DNA of 64,000 nt from Schmidtea polychroa (lineage: Eukaryota), in NCBI GenBank assembly GCA_044892525.1, contig CM097886.1, positions 82,336,001 through 82,400,000 on the forward strand, written 5' to 3'. The notes beneath the pieces are model-generated. The model had not been told where the DNA came from. It saw only the letters and a list, made by a program, of their open reading frames with translations, and ran no database searches. Positions 22,154 through 36,450 of this stretch are shown here, piece after piece; the stretch's first letter is position 1, and each line of letters begins with the position of its first letter. A program made the position numbers and the translations under genes.

Positions 22154-23315
22154 TTCTGTAATGCAAATCTAATTTAGGTCATTTGGCACAGACTGATATG
22201 AGTCTTTAAGGGACTCGGACAACGGAGTTCATAATTAAAATCTTACATTCACAGTTAAAATTTTTGATAGTTGTATCTTAGTTAAAAAGAACTTTAATGA
22301 AGTAATAAAAACGACTGCCATTACAACCTGGATTTCCGAAATTATTTAAAAAAAAAATTCAATAGTCCTGAGTAAAGTTTTAATAAATCTCATACTTTAA
22401 CTAAATATATCCTAAATTTAATTAACTTTGTTTAATTCAATCATTTGAATTTTCAAAATCTTGTTTACCACTAGCTGGTAATTCAAAATTTACTACTTTA
22501 CTTTTTCTTCGAATTCATGAAATCGGATCCTGTTAGTAATTTACCACTAAATTCGGGTACACTGGGGCGATAAGTATCATTGACGAGCCTAGCTTCTCAT
22601 TTTACTTACTTATCCCTCGGTTGTGCTCGTCATGAGTGGTGTAATCCCCTTTGATTAACTTGCAGGTACTTTATTTATCAATAATAACTTTTCGATTTTA
22701 GATATATTTGGTGGAAATCTTTCACTCGGACGGAATGGCCGATTGTTCAACGCCTTTAAGGAATTTTATATGACTCTATGTTGGTATCTTTAGTTTGATT
22801 TGTATCTAATTATGTTAGAAATTTTGTTGAATAATTTAATTTAATATTCCCTTTTGATAACGCTTTTAATTTTAAGTAAGATGTACTTTTGTCATTTATC
22901 GATAATTCATGCAGTTGATTCCGTGGAGTTTAATGGTTGGTATCGGCTGTCTCAATGCATTCCTAGTGTTCTCGATGAATTAGTTTAAGTCAACAATGTA
23001 GGTTTTACATGGCTTTTAATTTCTGGGGCCGCTAAGTTAACTAAGATGTATCCGTCACTGATAAGCCTGGGTTAAATTAACTTATTATATACGTATAGTT
23101 ACCCACGTTTACACACATATCTATATAGATGTATCCACCCATGTTCTTATTTAATTAATAGTCCTAGCATTTTCTCCGAGGGGGGGCGTTACTAAAAATA
23201 GACTTTAGGAATTATGATCGTTCTTATTGGGGCAAAAGGGTAGGTTCTAAATTTAGTTGTGAGGGGGAATCCTAAATCGATTATTCAATCAAATTTGGAT
23301 TTTTGGAAGTTACTA

Positions 23316-23505
23316 ATAAATAATAGTAATAATAATAATAATAATAATATGAAGAATAATAATAGTAATAATTATAATAATAATAATAATAATGATAATA
23401 ATAATAATAACACTAACAATAATAATAATAATAAGGGTAATAATAGTGATAATACTGACAGTAATAATAATAACAATAATGATAATACTAATACGAATTA
23501 TATTT
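23316..23505. repeat. Imperfect (AAT)n low-complexity tract
   Basis: Explains the poly-Asn ORF at 23259-23510. Confidence 0.85.
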
Positions 23506-26500
23506 CTTAGTTTAATTTGTATGCATTTAGAATTTATAACTTAACGAAAATTTATATTTCATATCCTTGGCATAGGATCATATCTCTGGAGGTGACTGAT
23601 ATTAGACTTTACAAATTGGGCAGGTTACGTCCGGAACCTGGGTAGTTAATATGAATTCTAGTTTATACTTTAGGTATGGTTCATGAATTATGTTTCCATA
23701 CTTTACAAATGGCTATCTCTAATTCACATTTTACTAATTAAGATCTATACACAATTTATATATAGCTGTTTATACTTCATAGTTTTCGATCAAAATTGAT
23801 ATATAGCCAGTTATGATTTAGTTCTATATTTACAAGTTATATATATATATATATTTATATTTTATATTTTATACTCAACCTCTATATAGAACCATTTTAT
23901 ACTTTATATTTTATGATCAAAATTTATATACAATTTTATAATTTATATATAGTTTATTTTTATAAAATCAAGATATATGTATAATTTATATTCAATCATC
24001 TATACTTCCTATTTTATAATAAAAAAAATTTTTATATAATTATTTATAACTTATATTTCATAACCCTGATACATTTATAATTCATACATGACTATTTACA
24101 ATTTATAAATTTATATACAAGTATTTAAGGATTGGATACATTTACTATTTATATAGCACTATTCACGATTTATGTTTTATAATTGACATAGGTTATAGTT
24201 TATAGTTTTTTAACATTAATATAAATTAGTAATTCATAATTTCCAAAAGTTAAATTTATGATTTATACATTTATAATTAATCCGAGTTTCCTTTCAAAAG
24301 TAACTAAAACTATAAATACAATTCATGGTTCTATGGAGTTTTATACTATTACGGTTAGTATTTTTATCGTTCGTTTGAAGTTAATTCAATTTAACATCCA
24401 AACCCTGCCGATACGCATGTCTAACACTTTCATGGAGGCCCGTATTATGGAATCAATCATTGAAGGAAATCATTATTTTACTAGAACTTTTATTTGGGAC
24501 ATCTCCAAATCTATGTTCGACAACGCATAGGCCGGATTTTGATGAATTCAACCGTCCACATTAGGTATGAGTGTTGAGTTGTGATTAATTTAGGTCTGAG
24601 TTCTACTCTGTTTATTAACCTTAGGATGTTTGTGTTGTAGAGATTTTTAGTGTTGAGTTTAATTGTGTACTGCATTCGAACTCGGGAAGAATGCTTGCTT
24701 ACACGGCCCCACTGTGACCGCTACGACAAGCCCTATTGTAATATTGAGTCGAAACATCACTGTCGACCGATAAATAAGTATATGGAGCCATAGCGGAGGG
24801 GTTTTATCGACACAACTCCCTGGTAGAACCATGAAGTGGCCGACCNNNNNNNNNNNNNNNNNNNNNNNNNNNNNNNNNNNNNNNNNNNNNNNNNNNNNNN
24901 NNNNNNNNNNNNNNNNNNNNNNNNNNNNNNNNNNNNNNNNNNNNNNNNNNNNNNNNNNNNNNNNNNNNNNNNNNNNNNNNNNNNNNNNNNNNNNNNNNNN
25001 NNNTTTTAGAAGGCGGCATTACTATCGAATGCAGGACTGAATAGAGACGTACTAAGACGTCGCTGATCAGTCGTAATCAAATAACAAAAACAAAAAAAAT
25101 AATGAGAAAAATCATAGGTATTTTGTAAGTCTTAATTAAAAGCAGTTTACATTGAAATGGTTACATAAAACATATATTAATCAAAAAATACTCACTATAA
25201 ATTTTCGGTAAGATTTTCGTCAATAAAATATTGGCATAAAGTGATTGATTGTGACTGAAACGTGTCAGTATATATACCTATTTTGTACACGTGTATGTAT
25301 TGATGCATTAAAACAAACTCGAATTCTTTTTATTCCAGAATTTTCTATTTTGCGATTTTGATATTTTTAATGGCAATTTTTGTGCCATAATTTTTGTTTT
25401 TATTTTTAAATTTTAAATTTTTAATTATTTTTCATTAATTTTACGTCCATGATGGATTTGGAACGGTTCCAGAACATTCTATATTACTTTTAATTTAATT
25501 TTTATTTTAATTGATGTTTTATGAATTTCTTTTTAAAAATTTTTATTTTTATTACTAATTTATTTATTTTTCTAAATTTTATTGTTTAAGGTAGCTTTTA
25601 TGATGGTCATCGCCATTTTTATGGAATGTTCTGGGTTTTTCTGGAATTTTTTACTGTTTTTACCATCTTTTAAGTTATTCGAGTTTGTTTTTTGTAACTC
25701 TATGTTTATTTGGTTATTTTTGAGTTAGATTTTGCATAACTTCTTGCTTTTGTATAATTTTATTTAATTTCTGTGTTTATTTTTTTTGTTACTTTCTCCT
25801 TTAATTACCATTGTTTATTTGGTGTAGTTTTTTAATATTTAGCTATACTTTTTGCTTTTTTGCATGTTGTGTTCCTACACATTTCAGTCACAATTATAAT
25901 TTGGGTCTAGAAATCAGTTCTAGCCCAACACTAACAACTATGTACTTCTAACAAACAGCGAGACCACTAGATACCAATTACGAACTACGAGCTACTAAGC
26001 ATTTTTAAGTACCAAATATTGTTTTTACATTAATTTCTTTTTTGTTTCTGATTTATCGAATAATCAAATTTACATACAATTCTTATCCTATGGATAAGAT
26101 AGTATTTTCTGCTGTTGTGTCTTTTTTTCGGCGATTTATTCTTTGTTTTAATGCTTTTCATAATGTGTTTTGTGTGCAAACTTCTTGCTTTATCTAATTT
26201 TTATTATTTTTACTTTTGTTGTTTTTATTTGTTTTATTTAATGTTTCATAATAATTTAAGTATTCTCTGTGCGGTTTACATGTTATGTGGATCGTCTCAG
26301 TTGACCATTTACTTCGTTAAAAAAACTAAAAAAAATCGAAAAAGGTTATTTGGATCTTAGCCCAACACGATAGTGAGGATTTTGCAGCGAGTTTTGACGG
26401 TGACAACAGCTGGGTTCACTATAAGTCAAAACGCAATTTGGTTTATCATTCCTAGTTAAATCACTCTGTAAAATTATATATACATATTTTTTATTTCGTC

Positions 26501-26766
26501 TTTTCTATAACTCCAACAAACAATTAGGTGAATTTGGAAAATAACTGTTTCCTACAAAATGCTGATAAATTCAAAAAACAATTTCAGTTTATACATGAAA
26601 TTTACCAATTTTATTCTAATGATACTTATTAAAATTAATATAAAGCCTTTTTAAACATGTTCACCACCAATAAGGGCCCACCGTGACTTTCACCACATCA
26701 TATTGACGGTCAAAGTGTTAATATACCTCATAAACTTTATACCTTGAATGTTTAAATTAAACAATA

Positions 26767-27047
26767 TACCGTATATACTCGCGTATAAGTCAAATTTTCA
26801 AGTCAAAATAGCCACTTCGACTTATACGCGGGTCAAAAAAAGTACAAATTAATTCTTAACGAAATTATTAAAATGGTTATAATTTGTAGTGTTAATTTAA
26901 TTATACAGTATTGCATTTATTTGAATATACTTACCGTAAATACTCGCGTATTTATATTTTATAATTTATATTTTTTAATATTTAATGTCATTTTTCAATG
27001 TTTCTGTTTAATTTTCCACTTCGACTTATACGCGAGTATTTACGGTA
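26767..27047. mobile_element. pogo/Tigger-type MITE with an internal extra TIR copy
   Basis: TACCGTA(T/A)ATACTCGCGTATAAGTC termini; TA TSD; an additional left-end copy at about 26932. Confidence 0.8.
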
Positions 27048-27073
27048 CTAAGTGAGCATAAAAAATAATTTTG

Positions 27074-27432
27074 GGTACTTCCATGTTATCTTACCCCCAA
27101 AAATTAAATTATAAAATACAATTAAAATAACAATATAAAAAATGAGAGAATACATTATTGATGACGTTATTGAACAATATTGATCATGAATTTATTAAGG
27201 TTATCTGTGATTTATGTGAGTTTATGTGGCGCAAACGTGTTCTAAGCAACAGTGCCGATGTGTTCAATACTATTCTCAACGACATTGTAGTTTTCTGGTC
27301 ACCTGGATGACCATTTACAAACTCTTTACAAACATTTGCTGAGTTTTTAACTGTGATTTAGAAATTAAATATGATAATTATATGTGTTCTTTTTTAATTT
27401 AATTTTTGGGGGTAAGATAACACGGAAGTACC
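27074..27432 (+). mobile_element. Merlin-derived non-autonomous element
   Basis: About 38-bp TIR starting GGTACTTCC; perfect 8-bp TSD TAATTTTG; internal LCEFMWRKR..DVFNTILNDIVVFW matches the Merlin/IS1595 transposase C-terminus. Confidence 0.85.
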
Positions 27433-29273
27433 TAATTTTGAATAAACAATAAATATTTCATTTGTTTATAGTTAAATAATTCATTATACATTTATCAAAG
27501 CTGAAGACATCATTATTATACATAAACGTTAGCAAAATGAAAAAATAGAATTTGCGCAATAGACTGAATGCTATTTGTTGGTCTATCCTCTAAAATATAA
27601 AAGAAAAATTAAAAGTAAATTTTATTTAATAAAATTAAAAATTGATAATTAATTTTTAAATTTAAACAAACATTTTTTATTAAATTTAATAAATTTTACA
27701 TTTTTACGTTCAATTATTTTACATTCAATATCATTTTGCACATTCGTTTTATATTTTTTAAATTTTGAAAAAACTCTAAGAAAATTTTAATAGAAAAATT
27801 AAATCGCATTCTGATGAAAAATTTCGAAGAAATAAATTGTTATTCTTATCAAATTCTTAATCTTATCCTGACAAATATTGAAATAAATTTTTTTATTACT
27901 CAAATAAAATAAGTTGAATTAAAAATTTCATAGCGGAACATAGTTTGCGTACCACTGCTGTAGAGAAGCTGGAAGTCTTCACAAACCATATTTTTTACTT
28001 GTGTACACGTACCTACTTAGAATTAATTTAGACATCTTATTACCGTATTCATTCTTTAATCCTAACCCGAGCTGGAATTTCCAAAGATAGCAAACCAATA
28101 ATTACCTTTTTTAAGATAACATATTGAATTCAGCAAGTGATAATGATACAAATAACGGTATACTCGTTAATTTAAAGATTGCATTAACTGATATTAACTC
28201 TTTCATTTCGTAATTTTTTCATAAAATTTGGTCACAAAATGTTTTATTTCTTTTTTGGTTCTAGTCAGAAGTTCAGAATTTACATAAATTTATCAACAAG
28301 CAGCAAGGACGCGGAAATCGTAGGATGCTTAAAATTCTACCCGTAAGTGTTGTATATGAAAATTGCCGGGTACCTTGTCAGAGGGTTAATGAAACAAGCT
28401 CAATTTAACTAATACTTCATCTTCTTGACATTTTCAGGCATTTAAATATTTTCTAATCAAGTCTTTGTGAAACCCATCCAAAACATAATTTGAAATTTTT
28501 AATTAAATTGAAAATTTACAAATCGATATCTGCTTAAATAATTTTTTTTCAACAGGTGAATGATAATATAAATCTGTAGTAAAAGTTTTATATTATAATT
28601 TATTTGTTTAACATTTAATTAATGCCGTTACCAAGAAATCATCATTTTATAATATCGTTTTTGATAGCTGCTTTTGAGTGTGGAATGAAATGCAATAATA
28701 TAATTTCCAAGTTGAAATATAAAAATATTCAACATATTATTTTAAAACGTTTTCTTTGATAATTATTTTAAGTTGTATTTGTATTTCTCATTTATAAAAA
28801 CAAAAAAGAAAATACATAGTATTTCAATAACTTTGAAAAGTATTTATAGAGAACTGAGAAATCGGTCAGAATTTATTCACATTTTATATGAATAGCGTTT
28901 ATTTTCTAAATTCGGTTCCATTTTGGTGGGTTGACATGAATAATTTTAATTAATTCACACAGCGCCGCATCAAAGGTGATATTATCCTGGAATGACACCT
29001 ATTGTTGAACAATTTTGTTATTGTTGAGAATTTTATTGCTTTATATATTTTTTATTGTTACCCAAATAAAGGTTGATTTAAATTCAACCTTATTTAAATA
29101 TTTTGACTTTTATCATTTTTTTACTTTTGTATGTTTATATTAAGAGGTTTTATTAGAATACAATCGGCCAGTTGTCATTAACCTTAACATCGTAACAGCT
29201 GACATTTTTTACTTGGAAGTGGTAAAAGTCAATGAAATAGTTAAATAAAATTCATAAATATTCGTACTACAAC

Positions 29274-29791
29274 TATGGTTGCCAACTCCCACAACCTCGA
29301 ACCCGGGAGATTAAAAAATTGCGAACAGTGTAACGCTTAAGAAATAATATAACAGGTGTTTTTTCACTTTTTTGGTTTAAACATGTTAGTGATTTTAACT
29401 ATATGATGACTAATACCATAAAGATTTAAACAAAACAATTATTTTTACATATTACATTTAACATTTTTTACATTTTAAAAGTGAAAAAAACATGACATTG
29501 ACAGACTAATAACGTGGGTAAAAAGAAAAGCATAAAATCGCTCGCCGCGAACAACAACTTAAACTTCCGGTGACTGTGAGCAAATATATAAATCTTGAGT
29601 ATCATTATTTTAGAAAAATCAAATAAAAGTTAAAACTTCATAAACTGCATTTTTTTCTTGAAAAATTGTAAAATATTGTAAAAACGGAAAGACGGAGATT
29701 TCCATCTCCCGGGTCCTAGTTAACTGGGAGATGGGAAACGAAAGCTGATTCCGGGAGACTCCCAGCAAAAACGGGAGAGTTGGCAAACCTA
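29274..29791. mobile_element. hAT-type MITE
   Basis: TIRs TATGGTTGCCAACT / AGTTGGCAAACCTA; near-match 8-bp TSD ACTACAAC/ACTACATT; GGGAGA subterminal repeats. Confidence 0.8.
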
Positions 29792-31704
29792 ACTACATTC
29801 ATTATTATTATTGCATTTGAGTTATCATCCGATTTTTCTTCATTTATATAGCCAATGTAAATGTGATATTGTTCTGTTAAATATATTATTTACGTGAAGG
29901 AGTGTTGGGCCCCGTCAAACTATCTTTAAACATTTGTTTTGGGACATCCGAGGTGTTTCTAGGGTGTTTGAGTGAGTAACAATAGAATAGAAACTTTATT
30001 TTACAATATAAATCAATAGCCACTGTTAACAAACCACAAGGAAAAAATGCATTAAATTTACCTGATTATTTTCTTATTTTTAACATTTAATTCTTTTTGC
30101 CAAATTTAGTATTTTTTAATTTTTTATCAATTTAATTTTTTGATTTCCGATTTTATAGTAAAACATTTACTATAGAGATTTGGTTTTGTTCCCTTTGAGT
30201 GAAAGGGACAGTAAAGATAACAAGAAAATGACATCCTATATATTGTCATGAAACCATACACTTTATTTTCCAATTGGTTTCGACTTGTCTTTTCTCTCTA
30301 TCGTTTTTCTTGATAAATTCATGAATGAAATTCATAAAATTTCATAAATTCATCATGAAATAAGATTATCAGATTATATGATTTATTAGTATGATATCAT
30401 TTAGTGACAAGAACTCGATAAATACTGTTATTATAACTCAATTTCAAAAAAATAATTAAAAATTTATTTATTTAAAGGTAATAAATTATGAAAAGTAACA
30501 TTTTAAAAAATAATTTCAAAATCACTCGCTTAGAATTATGAATTACAAATTTTTTCAAATGTTTGTCAAATATAGCATTAATACTTAAATAAATAAATAT
30601 TTTTAATTTTATAATAAAATATTATTAATATTATAATTAAGTTATTATNNNNNNNNNNNNNNNNNNNNNNNNNNNNNNNNNNNNNNNNNNNNNNNNNNNN
30701 NNNNNNNNNNNNNNNNNNNNNNNNNNNNNNNNNNNNNNNNNNNNNNNNNNNNNNNNNNNNNNNNNNNNNNNNNNNNNNNNNNNNNNNNNNNNNNNNACCA
30801 ACTTACAACTCATCGATGTCAATAAGACCGTGCCCAACTTTCCTATTGCTATTTCGGATCATTTGCAACAACTGATTTTCTGCTAGAAATCGTTTTCTTT
30901 TATAAAATATATAATTTTAAAATATAAAAAATAAATTTTATATAAACTTTGGGTAGAACAATTCTTTATCTATCACATTTTTTCCATCTGAAATATTTTC
31001 GCTCCTTACAATTATTATTAAACAACTGATGATTAGAAAATATACAATCTTCATTAAAGTCCTAATAAAAAAAATTTATAATTTTTTCTAAAATAATTTT
31101 TTATCAAAAAGTTGAAAATATTATCAAAATACCTGTTTATTTAAATCTGAAAAAACTCCTTAAAGAAAAATATCTATTTATATGTCCTAGGTTGGACTGA
31201 TAGTTCTATAGTTGGGATGACTGTCGACAAATGATAATTGAGTCTATATAGCAGACAAATAATAGTGAGATAAGCTCTAGTTAACGTATCAAATTTGAGA
31301 TAATTTATTCATATTTCCTAATCTTTCTCAATTCTAAAGTCTCAGTTATTTTTATCATAATTTCGATAAAATGATCTTCACGTGTATTCTATAATCCTTT
31401 TTGGTTGCTTTTATTAAATGATTTTATCTCATTTTCGATATTATTCTAGAAACAATGCAATTATCCTTATTAAGGTTCTTATTATTCCCATATGATCATT
31501 TTCAAAAAATTGGCTTTGTCATGACAAAAATTTAAAAGNNNNNNNNNNNNNNNNNNNNNNNNNNNNNNNNNNNNNNNNNNNNNNNNNNNNNNNNNNNNNN
31601 NNNNNNNNNNNNNNNNNNNNNNNNNNNNNNNNNNNNNNNNNNNNNNNNNNNNNNNNNNNNNNNNNNNNNNNNNNNNNNNNNNNNNNNNNNNNNNNNNNNN
31701 NNNN

Positions 31705-32121
31705 ATTTAAAAATTTTGTATTTCTGGCCATAATGTGAATGTGGAGCGCATATTTTCCCTAATGGAAATTTAATGGTGGGACGAAAGATATCGGTTACTA
31801 CCGGAGAATGTTGAAGCTATATTAAAATGCGTCGTTAATTTTACATTTAATTGTTACAAAATGCATGAATACATATTAGGAAATACAAATTTGTTAAAGG
31901 AGGCAAGATCAAGCCGTAAATATGATTAGGAGTGTTTTAATAATGTATTTCCATTTTAGTATTTCCTTTATTTTTGTGTTACTAATTTTAAGTTTATTTT
32001 ATTTTATTGACGTTTTTCAATTAATATTATATATTAAGTTTTTTTGTTACAATGAATTTTTTATGTTTTTGAATAAATTTTTATCGTCCCGGTTTGTCTT
32101 GGTGAAAATCTGGCAACCCTA
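31705..32121 (+). mobile_element. 3' end of a hAT transposon (dimerisation domain plus TIR)
   Basis: NVERIFSLM..W.DER..L..ENVEAILK..VNF..C; ends CTGGCAACCCTA. Confidence 0.8.
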
Positions 32122-32466
32122 AACATTCGAAAAGATAGTATTAGAAACTTCTTTCGTGGTATTTTGAGTATTAATAGAGTCGTTATTGAACACGTTCAAA
32201 GATTTATTTATAATTCAATTTTTCTTCAAACAAATGATCTGGAAGTTTTCTCTAAAATATGTGCTTAAACTAAGCAAGATTCAATTCATTCGATTAAACA
32301 AATTAATCAATTATACTATATTTATTTATTAATTAAAAATTATGAAATGTTACTTTTATGTTAAGAAAACTTTAATCATCTAACATTTATTAAGATGTTA
32401 GTTTTTTAAAATTTACGAAATGTTTTAATGTTTAAAATATATATGTTTTATAGTATGTATATGTGA

Positions 32467-32760
32467 GGACTCTAGCACAGAGCGTGTTGATTGACTGACA
32501 GAAAGCATGACTCACCCGAGTGATGACTCATATAATATGAGATGAGTTACTGGTCATTTTGATGAGACACATGTGTTTGTGTGACTCATGGTATGATTGA
32601 CACACGTATTCAGAGAGGTCATGTCTAGTAGAAAGCATGAGTCATATTTTTTTTCGAAATATTTTCTAAATATTAACAAGGACACCGGGGTTATGACTTT
32701 TCTGTGCATCATAATCATTGAGCACCGTAATGAGTTCATGGACTGCCGATAGAAGGCCTA
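32467..32760. repeat. TGAGTCA/TGACTCA-rich repeat fragment, unclassified
   Basis: Cluster of (A)TGACTCA/TGAGTCA motifs and duplicated AGAAAGCATGA.TCA; motif content resembles 420-600 but is not clearly alignable. Confidence 0.35.
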
Positions 32761-34644
32761 TATCCAACTTCAATCAGGTCACTATACTCTAAACTCTAGA
32801 TATTCAAGCCCGTGGAATTAAGATAAATGAAATTATGTCCTATACTAGACTATTGAGTACGAAAATTCTTTTCAATTAATCAAACTACCAAGCACAATGT
32901 AAATAAACACATTTTATTTTAACACGAGCAGATCATTAGGTGTGACAAGGATTCTATTTATTCACCGTGTCGAGGATTCGGTTCGAGTGAATTCGGGGGT
33001 CCTTGCGTGCATAATTTTGCATGACTTGTTGTGTTTCTTTGTCTGGCTGGAAACGTGAATTAGATTGGTTGCTGAGGCGGCCTACAGCGCTATAGTTCTT
33101 TGCCGAGACGTCATTTCATTCAAAACCTGCTTTAACAGTTACTGATCAATAAAAAAAATTTTTTTCAGCTCTTAGTGGTATGTATTAAAACCTTCTAAAT
33201 CACAACCGACGTATTCCCGATATTCTATATAAATTAAATTTGTCGATTGACGTTCCGCGATAACTTGAATTACATATCGCCAACATGGCATAAACACTCG
33301 TAGACACCGGGGTGTTATGGCATTCCTCCATCCACTCACTATTGTCCACACTGAACACAAGAAATTACGGTTTAACGGTGCAGTTGAACTGCCTCACTTC
33401 TCGTAAGTCAAGATATGTTTTTATTTTTTTGATTGCGGCTTCGTGTAGTGGCAGAGGGCCGAAAAATATATTAAAATCTATGATTTGATTGTTTAATTAA
33501 CGCATAACATAATACATAATTAATAAATCATTACCTTTACAAGAAATATTACTTTTCAAAGTATTACTTGAAAAATTTGGTTTACCCAAAATTTCAGCAT
33601 TTATTTATGACTGAAATGCGTCGATTTTTATAGTCTGATTTGGTGTGCGAGTATGTGTACGTGCACTGATTCATTAAAACAATTTTGAATTATTGATTTT
33701 GAATTTTTATCTATTTTGATGAAGATTTTATATAAATTATGAATTTTTTATTTTCTGATTTCTATATATTTTATTTAATTTGTTAGTGTTACTATTATTT
33801 TACTTGTTATAACAAACAAGCTAATTTAATATACGTTAAAATTAAATAATTATATCTCACCTTCAAATCAGAAAAAAATGTGGATACAATTGAAACAAAT
33901 CTGACGATAAATGATGGTAGAACAACATTCTCACCAATAGCACAAAAAAACATAATCGAAAATAATCTTTATAAATATACAGGTGTGGTTAATTGTCATC
34001 GCAGACTCCGAACAATTACTGGTATCTTGAATTAGCAATTCGATTCTACTTTCAGGTAACACATCATAAAGTTTAGCTCCATTAGATCTATTCTTAAATA
34101 AATATATTCTTACAAGTATCATTAGTTTCGGTTGTCATATAAATTGGGTGCAGACCATGGTGTTTTGTCAGTGTAGATTCAGAAAAATTAATGCCTTAGT
34201 GAGCTTCGATTCTGCTTTCAGGAAACATATCATAAAGATCAGCTACATTAGATGCATTCTTATAAGAAATATCATAAAACATGTTGATATTATCATTAGT
34301 TTCGGTTGTCATATAAATCTCTTCAGAGAACAACAAAGGTGAGCAAATAATGAAATCGTTTTATTCAATAATCTTTGATCTTTTCCAATCGTTAAAATCT
34401 TCATATTACAAATTTCGTTTTGTCATTTCCTTTTCAACAATTACGAACAATTCCAAATCACAAATGTCAAAACTTTTATTTTCAAAAAACAATAATTCTA
34501 AAATAATCACCTTTTAAACAACTGCTAAACAATCCAATAATTCGAAAAATCAATTCCAACAACTCGAATAACCAATTATCCGCGCCTGTGCGCACAAACA
34601 AAAAATCCAATTTCAGATAACAAAAACGCACACAGGCGCGTCAC

Positions 34645-35510
34645 TTGAACTCAGGATTGATCAAAGTGTCTAAAAGCGAGTCGAAAAAGAACGATTTAAA
34701 TGAAATATTACAAGAAGTGGAAGCAATAGTGAGGAATATATTCAAGTCACTAGTCAGAGCCCATCGTAAGACAGAAAACTTCATTACATTTTGTCATTCA
34801 AATTTTAATTTTTCCTACAGGCGGAAGAAAAAACAAAAGTGAATATTCGATGACAAGATCAGAATAAGGATAAAAGATAATCTGCCAGATCTTACCAATA
34901 AAAGCCCGTTTATGAATGCGGTCATATACGCACCTAAAGAAAAATAAGGTCTAAGCTTTACCAAAGTGGTAGAGGTACATATAATTCGATCTGTTAACAG
35001 ATTACTGAAACTCATTAACCTCATGGCATTAGTCAAAATTTTAACGGAACAATTAATTGACGTAACAGCAACCAGAACCGATAAACCTATCAATGAACAC
35101 ATTAGATAAGATAAAAAATCCATAAAATCTTTGAACCAAGTCCACGCAATATAGACCGAATTCAGCGATACAGAAAGTCAGTTACGCTGTAGCATCAAAT
35201 TTAGCACTTAGGAATAACTTAACCTTACACGGGATGACCCTAACCCTAACCCTAGATTCTGCAAAGAAGTTAACTGCCAAGGACACACCTAAAACTCCCC
35301 CAATTCACGGTCTGAGTGGAAAATGCATAAAAATTCCAAAAAAACTAATATGCTAACATAACATAAAACAATCCAATCAAGGTGATAGAATTGCATCAAC
35401 CAAATGCCGAGTCTGCAAAACCCCACATGAATATTCAATTCACGAACTCTATGTGCGTAAAAAGTCGATTACCGACTCCTCACGTGCGTTATAAATATTA
35501 TTGAATAACT
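34645..35510 (+). pseudogene. Decayed RLE-type (R2/R4/NeSL-like) non-LTR retrotransposon, post-RT region
   Basis: IYAPKEK*GLSF (~GGLG) and KCRVCKTPHEYSIHEL (~CRxCxxxxETxxH knuckle). Confidence 0.55.
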
Positions 35511-35938
35511 AAAATCCAACACAGAACACTTAATTCAATTTTGATCACAATTACAACCTGTCACTGTATTTGCAACGGTCTTTCGAAATAATCACCTTCT
35601 TTGGTAAGATAATTTATAGGTTTTTGTAATTTCACTTGCATTTTATCTTTCATTCCTTATAACTTAAAAAATTGGATTCAACAAAACTAAAATTTAAAGA
35701 TAAAGTTGACATATAGGCTAATGTTATTTAGCTTTAAAATATTCCTTATCTTTTTAAGAAAAAACTAAATCTCGATTTGTATAAAGATTACAATAAGTCA
35801 TATCATTTACTGTTCCCAAATTTCCAATATAATCACTGAGTCTACAACAGAAACGCCACGGAAAAGCCAAAAACGAGTACAATACCACAACTGCTATATC
35901 TATATATAAATCGCCATTCGTATATCTCTCACTCTATA

Positions 35939-35965
35939 TTTCGATAGCATCACTATCATCATCAG
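35939..35965 (-). ncRNA. Penelope-type minimal hammerhead ribozyme core
   Basis: CTGATGA-T-GATAG-TGATG-CTATC-GAAA on the minus strand. Confidence 0.55.
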
Positions 35966-36423
35966 GTTACCTACATCCACGACGTATGAATAACTATACT
36001 ATATCGATAATATATAAACAAATTATAAAATCTAAAAATTTGAAATACATCTCTGTACTCGTGTTCAAGAACACTGTCGACCGAAGGGAGTGTCCAATAT
36101 AAAGGATCATAATAAAGTCTATATGAGAGAACTAGGAATGTCTGATTATAAAATCTTATAAAAACTTATGTGAAGCATTATTGATAACTTTTAATCCTAA
36201 AATCAATGTGCAGAATGCAGCGAATACGTGCGTGTTGAATGTTTTTAATTACTATTTTGTATGTTAAATAATTAAAAAAATATTTTTAAATAATTTTAAA
36301 AGTTTAAATATAATTGATTCAAAAATAATTGTTATTTATAATTTACAAATTTTGTAGATTTTATAATTTGTTTAAATATTATCAATATTGTATAGTTATT
36401 CATCCGCCGTGAATGTAGGTAAC

Positions 36424-36450
36424 CTGATGAAGATAGTGATGCTATCGAAA
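36424..36450 (+). ncRNA. Penelope-type minimal hammerhead ribozyme core
   Basis: CTGATGA-A-GATAG-TGATG-CTATC-GAAA-TATA; helix II is perfect, helices I and III are weak. Confidence 0.55.

Noticed and set aside
23259-23510. Asn-rich ORF, and similarly the Tyr-, Asn- or Ile-rich ORFs at 17041-17250, 56365-56610 and 56743-56973
   Set aside because: These are translations of AAT/TAT microsatellites.
24410-24560. Possible third member of the AT-hook family (MSN..EA..TRTFIW)
   Set aside because: The similarity is limited to a few residues, with no AT-hook and no conserved 3' block.
24804-25040. ORFs spanning N-runs (also 30637-30837 and 31519-31731)
   Set aside because: They are open only because of assembly gaps.
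35238-35254. (CCCTAA)2-CCCTAG telomere-like motif
   Set aside because: Fewer than three units, inside a decayed retrotransposon; compatible with chance.
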